Of a stretch of 64,000 nt of DNA, positions 35,050 to 45,100 are shown piece by piece. Position 1 is the stretch's first letter. The number at the start of each line of letters is the position of its first letter. The stretch is from NCBI GenBank assembly GCA_963758135.1, contig CAVWUF010000002.1, forward strand, positions 110,822 to 174,821, in the 5' to 3' direction. Under the pieces are notes generated by a model. It worked only from the letters and a program-made list of their open reading frames with translations, had not been told where the DNA came from and ran no database searches. The DNA comes from an uncultured Acidobacteriaceae bacterium (GTDB lineage: Bacteria > Acidobacteriota > Terriglobia > Terriglobales > Acidobacteriaceae). The position numbers and the translations under genes are program-made.

Positions 35050-36450
35050 ATGCAAACCAGTTATAACGGATTGGCCCTGCCCAAAGACGGCGCGGCGATC
35101 CAGTATGCGAACGGAAAGTACACGGTTCCCGATCATCCGATTATTCCTTTTATCGAGGGCGACGGCACGGGACGAGACATCTGGCGTGCTTCGCAGCGGG
35201 TTTTTGACGCCGCTGTCGAGAAGGCTTACGGCGGGAGGCGCGCGGTGCAGTGGTTCGAGATTTTCGCCGGCGAAAAGGCCTTTCGCGAATTCAAAAATTG
35301 GCTGCCGGACGATTCGGTAAAGGCGGCGACGGATTTTCGCGTGTCGATCAAAGGGCCGCTGACGACGCCCGTGGGCGGGGGGATTCGCTCGCTGAATGTC
35401 GCACTGCGACAGATTATGGATTTATATGCCTGCGTTCGGCCAGTGAAGTACTACGCTGGCGTGCCCAGTCCTGTGAAGCGGCCGGAGAAACTGGACGTGG
35501 TGATCTTCCGCGAAAACACGGAGGACGTGTATGCGGGCATCGAGTTCAAGGAGGGTACGGCGGACGCGAAGAAGCTGATCGACTTTTTGAACAACGAGAT
35601 GCTGAAGGGCGGGAAGAAGCGGGTTCGCGAGGATTCAGGCGTGGGCATCAAGCCGATTTCGATCACGGGGACGAAGCGGCTGGTGCGGTATGCGATCCGG
35701 CACGCGATTTCGACGCGGCGGAAGTCGGTGACGCTGGTACACAAGGGGAATATTCAGAAGTTCACGGAGGGTGCGTTTCGCGAGTGGGGCTATGAGGTCG
35801 CGGTCGAGGAATTCCGCAACGACGTGGTGACGGAGCGTGAGAGCTGGATTCTTGGGAATGTGGAAGCGAATCCGGGGCTGACCGTGGAGCAGAATGCGGC
35901 GATGATTGAGCCTGGGCTGGAGTTTGGGAACGACGAATTTCGCCAGGGCCTCTATGCCGAAATCAAGGGAGTGCTGGATGCGATCGCGAAATCGCATGGC
36001 AATGGGCAGTGGAAGAAGAAGCTGCTGATCAACGACCGCATCGCCGATTCGATTTTTCAGCAGGTGATCATTCGGCCGGAGGAATACAGCATCCTGGCGT
36101 GTCCAAATCTCAATGGCGATTACATTTCGGATGCTTGCGCCGCGCAGGTCGGGGGACTTGGGATTGCACCCGGTGCGAATATCGGCGATGGCTATGCGGT
36201 GTTTGAAGCGACGCACGGAACCGCGCCGAAGTATGCCGACAAAGATGTGATCAACCCTGGCTCGGTGATGCTTTCGGGCGTAATGATGTTCGAGTTTCTG
36301 GGCTGGCCTGAGGCGGCGAAGCTGATTGAAAGCTCGCTGGAAAAGACGATCCAGCAGAAGTATGTGACGTACGATTTCGAGCGGCAGATGCAGGGCGCGA
36401 CCAAGGCGAAGACCAGCGAGTTTGCAAGCCGCATGATTGAGAATATGTAA
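35050..36450 (+). CDS. icd: NADP-dependent isocitrate dehydrogenase
   Basis: [37 protein letters not shown] and [10 protein letters not shown] are classical homodimeric IDH motifs along the full length. Confidence 0.95.
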   Translation: MQTSYNGLALPKDGAAIQYANGKYTVPDHPIIPFIEGDGTGRDIWRASQRVFDAAVEKAYGGRRAVQWFEIFAGEKAFREFKNWLPDDSVKAATDFRVSIKGPLTTPVGGGIRSLNVALRQIMDLYACVRPVKYYAGVPSPVKRPEKLDVVIFRENTEDVYAGIEFKEGTADAKKLIDFLNNEMLKGGKKRVREDSGVGIKPISITGTKRLVRYAIRHAISTRRKSVTLVHKGNIQKFTEGAFREWGYEVAVEEFRNDVVTERESWILGNVEANPGLTVEQNAAMIEPGLEFGNDEFRQGLYAEIKGVLDAIAKSHGNGQWKKKLLINDRIADSIFQQVIIRPEEYSILACPNLNGDYISDACAAQVGGLGIAPGANIGDGYAVFEATHGTAPKYADKDVINPGSVMLSGVMMFEFLGWPEAAKLIESSLEKTIQQKYVTYDFERQMQGATKAKTSEFASRMIENM

Positions 36451-36579
36451 GCCGGTAGCCTGTAGCTGGGAGCTGAGAGGCGAAGGCGCGTTGAGGCGCA
36501 CTTTCGGCTCCTATACCGGACGGACTTCAACCGGGCGTGGGTTCAAGTAGCAGTAATTGTTACGTAATTGAGGAGAATC

Positions 36580-37506
36580 ATGCGGAAGAAAGTGACGATC
36601 GTAGGTGCGGGCAATGTGGGCGCTACGGCGGCTCACTGGATCGCGTCGAAAGAACTGGCGGATGTGGTGTTGATCGATGTGGTCGAGGGGATTCCTCAAG
36701 GCAAGGCGCTCGACCTGCTGGAGGCGATGCCGATTGCGAAGATGGATTGCAGCATTATCGGCACGAATGACTACGCGGACACGGCGAATTCCGACATTGT
36801 TGTGATTACGGCGGGGATTCCGCGCAAGCCGGGCATGAGCCGCGACGATTTGCTGCAGACGAATTACAAAATCATGTCGGATGTGGTGGGGAAGGTCACG
36901 GCCCATTCGCCGAACTGCATCCTGATTGTCGTTTCCAATCCGCTGGACGCGATGGCGCAGGCGGCGTTCCGCCAGGCGAAGTTCAATCGCGAGCGGGTGA
37001 TTGGAATGGCCGGAGTGCTCGATTCGGCCCGGTTTCGGACGTTTATCGCAGAGGAACTGAAGGTCTCAGTCGAAAATGTTACGGCGTTCGTGCTGGGCGG
37101 ACATGGAGACACGATGGTTCCGCTGGCGCGCTATTCGACGGTGGCGGGGATTCCGATCACGGAGTTGATTGCAAAGGAGCGGATCGAAGCCATTGTGCAG
37201 CGCACGCGAGATGGGGGTGCTGAGATTGTGAAGCATCTGAAGACAGGCAGCGCGTATTATGCGCCTTCGGCGGCGACGGTGGAGATGGTGGAGGCGATTC
37301 TGAAGGACAAGAAGAAGATTCTCCCCTGCGCGGCGTATCTTGAGGGCGAGTATGGCATTCATGGCTATTACATCGGCGTGCCGTGCAAGCTGGGCTCGCG
37401 TGGTCTGGAGCAGATTATCGAGATCAAGCTGACGCCGGAAGAAGATGCAGCGCTGAAGAAGAGCGCCGAGGCGGTGAAGGAGTTGTGCGCGGTCATTGGG
37501 GTTTAA
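36580..37506 (+). CDS. mdh: malate dehydrogenase (LDH-like family)
   Basis: [33 protein letters not shown] and [17 protein letters not shown] (36571-36576) lies upstream of ATG 36580. Confidence 0.95.
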   Translation: MRKKVTIVGAGNVGATAAHWIASKELADVVLIDVVEGIPQGKALDLLEAMPIAKMDCSIIGTNDYADTANSDIVVITAGIPRKPGMSRDDLLQTNYKIMSDVVGKVTAHSPNCILIVVSNPLDAMAQAAFRQAKFNRERVIGMAGVLDSARFRTFIAEELKVSVENVTAFVLGGHGDTMVPLARYSTVAGIPITELIAKERIEAIVQRTRDGGAEIVKHLKTGSAYYAPSAATVEMVEAILKDKKKILPCAAYLEGEYGIHGYYIGVPCKLGSRGLEQIIEIKLTPEEDAALKKSAEAVKELCAVIGV

Positions 37507-37607
37507 CCACGCCGATGAAGCTAAGAAGCGGGCAGCTAAGAACCGGTCAGCTAAAGGCCGGTCAGCGGAAGAGCATCTTTAGAAGCGGTTTCCCAAAGAA
37601 ACGACGC

Positions 37608-37865
37608 TCAGCCCGCAGCGGCTGTTTCACGGCGAAGTGTACTCCGCAGGCCATGCAGCATTCGTCCGATCTCTGCGGCCTCTGCTAAGAGACCCTCTGC
37701 GCATTCGTTCGGCATCATTCCGAGATTGCGAGCCAGTTCAACTTGTGTTTCCAGTTCGTAGAACGAGCCACTCGGCTGGTTCACGAAGTGAACAAAGCTC
37801 TTCTCCGAATCTCGCCCCTGCCCTTCGGCGATGTTGCTCGGGACGGAAACAGTAGCTAACTTCAT
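37608..37865 (-). pseudogene. N-terminally truncated four-helix-bundle protein (23S rRNA IVS protein family) fragment
   Basis: The 85-aa ORF starts right at the family motif SVPSNIAEGQGR and continues GSFYELETQVELA. As I recall the family, members are about 115-125 aa with this motif near residue 50, so roughly 45 N-terminal residues are missing. The ATG overlaps the upstream gene stop (ATGA, 37862-37865). Confidence 0.5.
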
Positions 37866-39115
37866 CCCCGTGCGCGCAGGAACGCGATAACATGATCCGC
37901 CTCAACAACGCCTACCAGCTTGCCTGCTTTGTCGACGACGGGCAGAGCGCGGAGATTGTATTTGTCGAACAGCTCGGCGACTTCGTTTTCGTGCTGATCG
38001 GCGCGGACTGAGATGAAGCGGGGTTCAGCGAGGACTTCGAGGCGGGTTTCCGGGCGGGCGAGAACCAGTCGCGCGAGGGGAACGACTCCGTGGAGAACTT
38101 CGCTGGAGTCGATCAGATAGATTTCAGTAATAGTTTCGGGATCGCCTTCGAATCCGCGGAGGGCGCGAATGCCATCGGCGACGGTGGCAGTTTGCGGAAC
38201 CGCGACGTATTCGGTGGTCATGCGCCCTGCGGCCGAATCTTCGCGGAATTCGAGCAGCTCCTTGACTTCCTCGCGCTCCTCGGGGTCCATTTCATCCAGG
38301 ATGGCTTCGGAGCGCTCTTCTGAGAGCTCGGCGAGAAGGTCGGCGGCGGCGGAGGGATCCATCTCTTCGACGATGCCGGCGGCGGTTTCCGAATCGAGCG
38401 CCTGCACGAGGGATTTCTGGAGCTTCGGCTCCACTTCCTCCAGAGTCTCCGCGGCCACTTCCTCATCGAGCGTCCGCAGGACCGCTTCGCGTTCGGCGGG
38501 GGCGAGGTCTTCGAGGATGTCGGCGATGTCGGAGGGGTGGAGTTGGGCAAGGCGTTCGTGTTCGATGTTCAGCTTGACGCGGCGGGCCGGGTCGACCTCG
38601 ACCATGTCGACGAAGTTCCAGGGGATGACCCGAGCGGGCAGTTTATGGACGAGGCTTTCAAGGGCGCGCTTCGGCATCGTCCCGCTCAGCAGGCGGCGTA
38701 CGGCGCCGCGCAGGCCGACTTCGACCTCTGAGACGCAGAGATGCTCGTTGCCATTCGAATGCCAGCGCAGATTGACGTCGTTAACGCGGACGACTTTGCG
38801 ACCGTGGACGTCGATGATCTGTCGATCCAGCAAATCCTGGCGGAGGAGGATGAAACTGCCATCCTCCTCAAAGGGATTCAGCGTAGCTTCAGGACGCAGC
38901 TCCAGGGCGCCGCTGGGCGTCCAGAGAACGTCTTTTGAGGCGACAATCTCGAGGCCTTTGCGGGTTTTGAGCACGAGACCCGCGACATGGCCGGCGTCTG
39001 CGCCTGTTCCAACGGCGACATCCTTGAGACGGCCACGCATGCGTCCTCGGGCGCTTGTGATCGGCGTGCCGAGCATAGCGGTGAGGGACCGCAATGCAAC
39101 ATCGTCTTCGGTCAT
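37862..39115 (-). CDS. PRC-barrel-like / MgtE N-terminal domain / CBS-pair protein, no MgtE membrane domain
   Basis: LHPSDIADILEDLAPAEREAVLRTL ... AAGIVEEMDPSAAADLLAEL matches the MgtE_N acidic helical domain. Two CBS motifs follow. The protein ends after the CBS pair with no TM segments. Confidence 0.8.
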   Translation of the reverse strand: MTEDDVALRSLTAMLGTPITSARGRMRGRLKDVAVGTGADAGHVAGLVLKTRKGLEIVASKDVLWTPSGALELRPEATLNPFEEDGSFILLRQDLLDRQIIDVHGRKVVRVNDVNLRWHSNGNEHLCVSEVEVGLRGAVRRLLSGTMPKRALESLVHKLPARVIPWNFVDMVEVDPARRVKLNIEHERLAQLHPSDIADILEDLAPAEREAVLRTLDEEVAAETLEEVEPKLQKSLVQALDSETAAGIVEEMDPSAAADLLAELSEERSEAILDEMDPEEREEVKELLEFREDSAAGRMTTEYVAVPQTATVADGIRALRGFEGDPETITEIYLIDSSEVLHGVVPLARLVLARPETRLEVLAEPRFISVRADQHENEVAELFDKYNLRALPVVDKAGKLVGVVEADHVIAFLRARG

Positions 39116-39229
39116 GGTTGCAATCTCGGCATGAGTGTACCAGTCTGCTTTACCCGCCGGGGCGTGAGGGGCCAGCGAAATTCGAACCGGCTAAATATCC
39201 CCGGCAGTGCCGGGGCCTCCTATGGTTCG

Positions 39230-40252
39230 TCAGTTGATCATTGGCGGTTTTACCGTCGTGATGAACGTCGTGGCCTTCAGCAGTCGTGGGATCAGGTTCC
39301 GTGCGACGCGAGGATCGGGGTCCATGTTGAGCCCTGTCAGAGTGCGCCCCAGCACCCTTTCCGCGGCCACACCGGCTTCGAGTAACAGCGCTTCGTTCAC
39401 GCGCTCGATGCGTCCCTCTGCATCCATCTGAATCATCGCCATCGGCGCCCGATCGAAACAGGGGCGCTGATGCTCAATCTCTTCGGCGGCTTGTCGATGC
39501 ATGCGATGGGATGCATCCCGCAGCGTGATCGCGTATCCCCGGTGCTCACCGTCGCTGTCGGTCAGCGCTGCCAGAGAAACATCCACATAGGTCCTGGCTC
39601 CGCCGGGCTGGGCAACAGCACAGCCCAGCCACTCTCCCCCCTTCAAATCGCTGGTCCAGCTATTCAGAGAAGGCACCTCGTTATTCTGAAAACCGCACCA
39701 CCGCAATACTTCCTCGACCGGCCTGCCTTTGGCGCTGGAAGCGTTCCAGCCCGCCAGCTTCTCTGCCGCGTAGTTCATGAACCGGACATTCCCCTTACAA
39801 CTAATCGTGATGATTCCTTCCGGTATTCCGTTAAATGTCTCGGTAACCTGCTCATGTTCCTCTTTCTCGCGGGCATCGGCTCGGGCGTGTTCCAGAGCCA
39901 TCCGCAACGTCGCCTTCAGCTCAGCGCTCTTGAACGGCTTCGTGAGATAGCCATACGGCATCGTTCGCGCCGCTCGCACCAGGGTGCCGTCGTCGCAGTA
40001 GGAAGTCAGAAAGATGGATGGCACCCGGTACCAGTGCCGCAGAGCCCGCGCGGTCTGAATTCCGTCCATACTGCCCACAATCCCGATGTCCATAAGAGCG
40101 AAATCCGGTACCGCGTCCTGGACAATCTTCAGCGCGTCGTCGGCGCTCTCCGCCACACCCACCACTTCGTAGCCGAAATCCTGAACCTCCTGCTTCAGGT
40201 CCATAGCCACGATTGGCTCATCCTCAACGATCAGCACTTTCCCTTTCTCCAT
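39230..40252 (-). CDS. response regulator with receiver domain and PAS domain(s), no DNA-binding output
   Basis: KVLIVEDEPIVAMDLK ... FALMDIGIVGSMDG ... YLTKPF (REC), followed by PAS-like segments (IITISCKGNVRFMNYAAEKLAGW ...; MIQMDAEGRIERVNEALLLEAG). Confidence 0.85.
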   Translation of the reverse strand: MEKGKVLIVEDEPIVAMDLKQEVQDFGYEVVGVAESADDALKIVQDAVPDFALMDIGIVGSMDGIQTARALRHWYRVPSIFLTSYCDDGTLVRAARTMPYGYLTKPFKSAELKATLRMALEHARADAREKEEHEQVTETFNGIPEGIITISCKGNVRFMNYAAEKLAGWNASSAKGRPVEEVLRWCGFQNNEVPSLNSWTSDLKGGEWLGCAVAQPGGARTYVDVSLAALTDSDGEHRGYAITLRDASHRMHRQAAEEIEHQRPCFDRAPMAMIQMDAEGRIERVNEALLLEAGVAAERVLGRTLTGLNMDPDPRVARNLIPRLLKATTFITTVKPPMIN

Positions 40253-40970
40253 ATACGCTCCGCGCCTGCTCCATTGTTGATATCTTGATCATCGGCTCGC
40301 GCAGGAAGCGCATTAGGTTCTTCTAATAAGTTGTCCGCGCGCCTCCTGCTGCTATGCATCAATATGGGAATCCTATAATCTTCCCTATCGTGGACGGCCC
40401 GCAATCGCGCGCAGGCTATCGCCTCATTTCCCGTCAGTTGCAGTCAGCGCAGATGCTGGCCGCCTCGCCGGTTCGCCTTCCACACACAAGTCTATGTTTT
40501 CGAACCGGCGCTGGATTAGTTCCCTGGGCCTCGAGGCAGTGAATCCAACGATCGGTCGGTTGCGGAAACCCGCGCATTTCTCACTCACGTTCTCCTCCGA
40601 ACGAATGGCTTCCTCAATCCTCTCCCGGACAGAACAAAATCTGCGGCTCTATTCCTGACACCTCACCCCCCGGGGGAGAGGTCGACACTGCCTCAGCCAT
40701 TCGGCCGTGGAAGGGGCTGTGAGAGTCGAGGTTTTGCGCCCCCGCGATGACCTTCCAGGACGAGAGGTGACTCCGTGACCTGTCAGTGGGAGCAGCCTGC
40801 GATTAAGCCCCCCCTCCGTGCACCCGATAGTTCTATTGACAAGCCGCACCAACCCGCAAAATCTCTCTTTTAGCGATGCATCTAAAGGACTTCCTCAAGT
40901 TCCCACGATAACGCTGAAGTAACCACCACCAAAGTACATCTATCCCGTCTCCACAGTGCCTTTTCTGAAG

Positions 40971-41012
40971 CACCAAAGAGTGATTGACGCCTTCTCGCTG
41001 GACCATCAGTAT
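40971..41012 (+). promoter_or_regulatory. candidate promoter of giant gene A: CACCAAAGA-N4-TTGACG-17-CAGTAT
   Basis: -35 TTGACG (40984-40989), 17-nt spacer, -10 CAGTAT (41007-41012), about 140 nt upstream of ATG 41152. The same architecture recurs upstream of genes B and C. Confidence 0.4.
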
Positions 41013-41151
41013 TCAGGCTAGAGTTCCCAGGTACGAAAGTTTATTCAGCGTCTGGATTATCGTGGCCAGCGCCTGGGAAAAGCCAGAAACGTTCGCCCCG
41101 CGAAGACCGGTAGGGCGACACACGTTTCGATTTCCCCCTGAGGTGCTTCTT

Positions 41152-42036
41152 ATGTCTGCCGAACAGTCCCCGGGTTCTTCTCGTCTTTCCCGTTTCCTCG
41201 GGAATGGCCGTTGGCTCGCTCCAATGCTTCTGGTGGCGATGGCAGGCGCCGCGCATGCGACGGACACCTTCACGGTAAACTCGCTTTCGGACGATGCCAG
41301 CGGAGTCGCGGCGAACTGCCCCGCCAACGCCGTCCCCTCCGGGACCTGCACCCTGCGGGATGCCGTTGCCGCAACGAACGCCGACTCGAACCCCAGCACG
41401 ATCCAGTTCTCCGTCTCGGGAACCATCGTTGTCGCGTCCAATATCCTCATTAACAACGCCAGCGCAGCCCTGACCATTACCAATCAATCGGGGACGGGGC
41501 CCATTACGCTTTCCGGCAATAATGCCACCACTGTGTTCGGTTTGTTCCCGGGCACCGTGACTCTCTCCTACCTGACGATTACCAACGGCAACGGCGGTTC
41601 GGGCGACGCTGGCGCCATCTATAACGAGGCTCATCTCACCCTGAACAATGTCGTCCTCGAAAACAACACCACGACGGCCGGATTCGGCGGCGGCGCCATT
41701 TATAACGCCAGCGGCGCGACGCTCACCGCAAATTACTGCGCGTTTTACAACAATTCCGAAGCCAACACCGGAGCCGTCGGCGGCGCCATCGAAAACGCCA
41801 GCGGCGCCAGCATCACCGTGAACGGCAGCACATTTTACGGCAATACCGCGTTTCAGGGCGCCGCTATTGAGAACGACAGCTCCAACGCCGTCACCGTTAC
41901 CAACACGACCTTCGTCAACAATACGGTCATCTACGCTGCCAGCGCGATCTATAACAACGGCCCTGCTCTCAACGTCTACAACAGTACCTTCTGGGAAACA
42001 ACCAGGATAGCATTGCCTACGCCGGCAGTGCCCTGA
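41152..42036 (+). CDS. giant secreted beta-helix protein A, N-terminal part (ends at a frameshift)
   Basis: MSAEQSPGSSRLSRFLGNGRWLAPMLLVAMAGAAHA leader, CTLRDAVAATNA motif, GGAIYN/GGAIEN and FxxN repeats. Colinear with the start of gene B. The frame is lost at the G-run 41993-41995. Confidence 0.8.
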   Translation: MSAEQSPGSSRLSRFLGNGRWLAPMLLVAMAGAAHATDTFTVNSLSDDASGVAANCPANAVPSGTCTLRDAVAATNADSNPSTIQFSVSGTIVVASNILINNASAALTITNQSGTGPITLSGNNATTVFGLFPGTVTLSYLTITNGNGGSGDAGAIYNEAHLTLNNVVLENNTTTAGFGGGAIYNASGATLTANYCAFYNNSEANTGAVGGAIENASGASITVNGSTFYGNTAFQGAAIENDSSNAVTVTNTTFVNNTVIYAASAIYNNGPALNVYNSTFWETTRIALPTPAVP

Positions 42037-42161
42037 ATATCTATAACAGCCTGTTTGACAAGAGCAGTGCATGCGCTTCCGCCGGGCCAGCATGCCCCTC
42101 CACCGGCGATGGACATGGCAACGTCGTAGCGCCCACCAATTCGGTCAGCGGAAGGCCGGCT

Positions 42162-45100
42162 ATGCTGCCTCTTGGCAATTACGGCGGACCTACGCAAACC
42201 ATGCTGCCGATGCCGGGCAGTTCCGCTATCTGCGCGGGCATCTACAGCGATGTCCCCGGCGGCGTGACCACCGACCAGCGCACTTTCCCGATCAAGTCTT
42301 CATGCGTGGACGCGGGCGCGGTGCAATCCAATTACATCGCCGTGACCAGTGGCGCCGACGATGCCACCGGTGTCCCGGCGAACTGCCCTGGGTCTGGATG
42401 CGAGCTTCGCGATGCAGTCTCTTCAGCTAACGCCGCGGGTGACGCCGATATTGATTTCTCCACCGGTGTGAGCACCGTCACGCTCACATCGGCGGGTCCG
42501 GCCACGACTGGCAATGTCAATGTCGTAGGACCAGGTGCGAACTCTCTGACCATCACCGGTCAGAATGAGTACGCCCTTCTCAGCACATCCGGCGGGAGCG
42601 CCTTCCTGTACGGGATGACTTTTGCCAACGGCTCTGCGAGCACTGGCGGCGCCATCTACAACCAGGACGCCCTCACCCTCAGCGGAATGAGCTTTACCGG
42701 CAATACCGCCACCACCGCCGGGGGCGCCATCTACAACCAGAGCGGAACGGTCACGGTCCTCAACAGCAGCTTCACAAACAATACGGCGCCCAATGGCAGC
42801 GCGCTCTACAATCACAGCACCAGTGGCGCGGTCACAGCCGAATACAGCACCTTTGCGAACAATACCGCCGCCACCGCCGCCGCCGTCTACACCGTGGGCG
42901 GCGCCCCTCTTAGCCTGTACAACACCACCCTCTCGGGCAATACCGGCGGCGGCATCGATTTCGCAGGCAGCTCCGCACTGGTCGTGGAGAACAGCATCCT
43001 GGGCGAATCGACCGAGTGCACCGTCTCCGGCGGGGCCGCATGCCCCACCACGGGAACCCTCGGCAACGTCGTAACTCCCACCAACTCGAACACGGGTATG
43101 GCCGCCCTTTCCGCGCCCGGCAGCTACAGCGGGACCAATACGCTCTATTCCACTCAGTCCGTCCTGCCCGAGCCGGGAAGCTCCGCGATCTGCGCCGGTT
43201 CAGCCACGCTGATTCCATCCGGCATTAGTACCGATCAACGCGGTTTCTCGAATGAGAATCTCACCTATACCGGCTATTCCAGCGGCCATCCTTGTGTCGA
43301 CGCTGGCGCCGTCCAGACTAATTACACCTCCGCCCAGTTCGTCGGCACACCTCCTTATGCCGGCACTGCGAATACACCCGGAACGACGCCGCCGGTGATC
43401 GTGTCGGTAACCGAGAACAGTCAGAATGTCGGCGGAGTGCAGGTGCCCCTCACTTTCAGCGGGACCGGCACAGCGACCGGTCTGACCGCCACCACCGTCG
43501 AAGGCACTGGCGCAACCTTCTCCAGCATCAATGTGCCCCAGCCTTCCGGCGGATCGCCTGACACGCTCTCCACCAGCATGACCGTGGTCGGCACCGATAC
43601 ACTCACCGCTGGCCCTGTCAACTTGACGATGGCCGCGGGCACTCCGACTCCCCCCACTATTACCAGCGCCAATAGCGCCACATTCACAACCGGCGCGTCA
43701 GGCACCTTCACCGTGACGGCATCGGGCTATCCCGCGTCTACTTTCAGCGGATCCGGCACTCTGCCCAGCGGCGTTTCGCTGACCACTGCCGGAGTTCTGT
43801 CCGGCACGCCGGCCGCGGGGACCGGCGGCAGCTATCCGATCACCATTACGGCGTCGAACGGAAATACTCCGAATGCCACGCAGAGCTTCACATTAACCGT
43901 CAACCAAACGCCAGCCATCACCAGCGCCAACACCACAAGCTTTGCCGCCGGAACAGCCGGCACCTTCACCGTAACCGCGACTGGCTATCCTGCCCCCACA
44001 TTCACCGAAACCGGCACTCTGCCCAGCGGCGTTACGCTGACCACTGCCGGGGTCCTCTCCGGCACGCCAGCGGCTGGAAGCGGCGGCAGCTATCCGATCA
44101 CCATTACGGCGTCGAACGGAGTTAGCCCCAACGCCACCCAGAGCTTCACCCTCACCGTCAGCCAAACGCCAGCCATCACCAGCGCCAGCACCACAAGCTT
44201 TGCCGCGGGAACCGCGGGGACCTTCACCGTAACCGCGACTGGCTATCCTGCCCCCACCTTCACCGAAACCGGCACTCTGCCCAGCGGCGTTACGCTGACC
44301 GCTGCCGGAGTCCTCTCCGGCACACCGGCGGCTGGAAGCGGCGGCAGCTATCCGATTACCATCACCGCCCAGAACGGAAATACTCCTAACGCAACACAGA
44401 GCTTCACGCTGACTGTGACTCAGCCTCCAGCCTTCACCAGCGCCAGCACCACAAGCTTTGCCGCGGGAACCGCGGGCACCTTCACCGTAACCGCGACTGG
44501 ATATCCCGCGCCCACTTTCACCGAAACCGGCACTCTGCCCAGCGGCGTTACGCTGACCACTGCCGGAGTCCTCTCCGGCACGCCAGCCGCGGGAAGCGGC
44601 GGCAGCTATCCGATCACCATTACGGCGTCGAACGGAGTTAGCCCCAACGCTACGCAGAGCTTCACCCTCGCCGTCAGCCAAACGCCAGCCATCACCAGCG
44701 CCAGCACCACAAGCTTTGCCGCGGGAACCGCGGGCACCTTCACCGTAACCGCGACTGGATACCCCGCGCCCACCTTCACAGAAACCGGCACTCTGCCCAG
44801 CGGCGTTACGCTGACCACTGCCGGAGTCCTCTCCGGCACGCCAGCCGCTGGAAGCGGCGGCAGCTATCCGATCACCATTACGGCGTCGAACGGAAATGCT
44901 CCTAACGCCACCCAGAGCTTTACATTAACCGTCAACCAAACGCCAGTCATCACCAGCGCCAGCACCACAAGCTTTGCGGCGGGAACCGCGGGCACCTTCA
45001 CCGTAACCGCGACTGGATACCCTGCCCCCACTTTCACCGAAACCGGCCCTCTGCCCAGCGGCGTTACGCTGACCACTGCCGGAGTCCTCTCCGGCACCCC

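Noticed and set aside
37518-37575. Degenerate ~15-bp tandem motif (cagctaagaaccggt / cagctaaaggccggt / cagcggaagagcatc) just after the mdh stop.
   Set aside because: There are only about 3 imperfect copies and no obvious structure. This is probably chance or replication slippage and is not enough to call a feature.
40650-40860. GC-rich segment with fragments vaguely resembling SRP RNA (GGGAGCAGCC) or cobalamin-riboswitch boxes (GGTGACTCC, GCCATTCGG..GGAAGGGGC).
   Set aside because: The motif order, spacing and key conserved elements (GGAA tetraloop context, the B12 box) do not match. This is resemblance only.
40984-41151. Track start (40984) of the first giant-gene ORF.
   Set aside because: This stretch covers the conserved promoter-like element and leader. 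Protein similarity to paralogues B and C begins at MSAE (ATG 41152), which has a conserved CTGAGGTG Shine-Dalgarno context.
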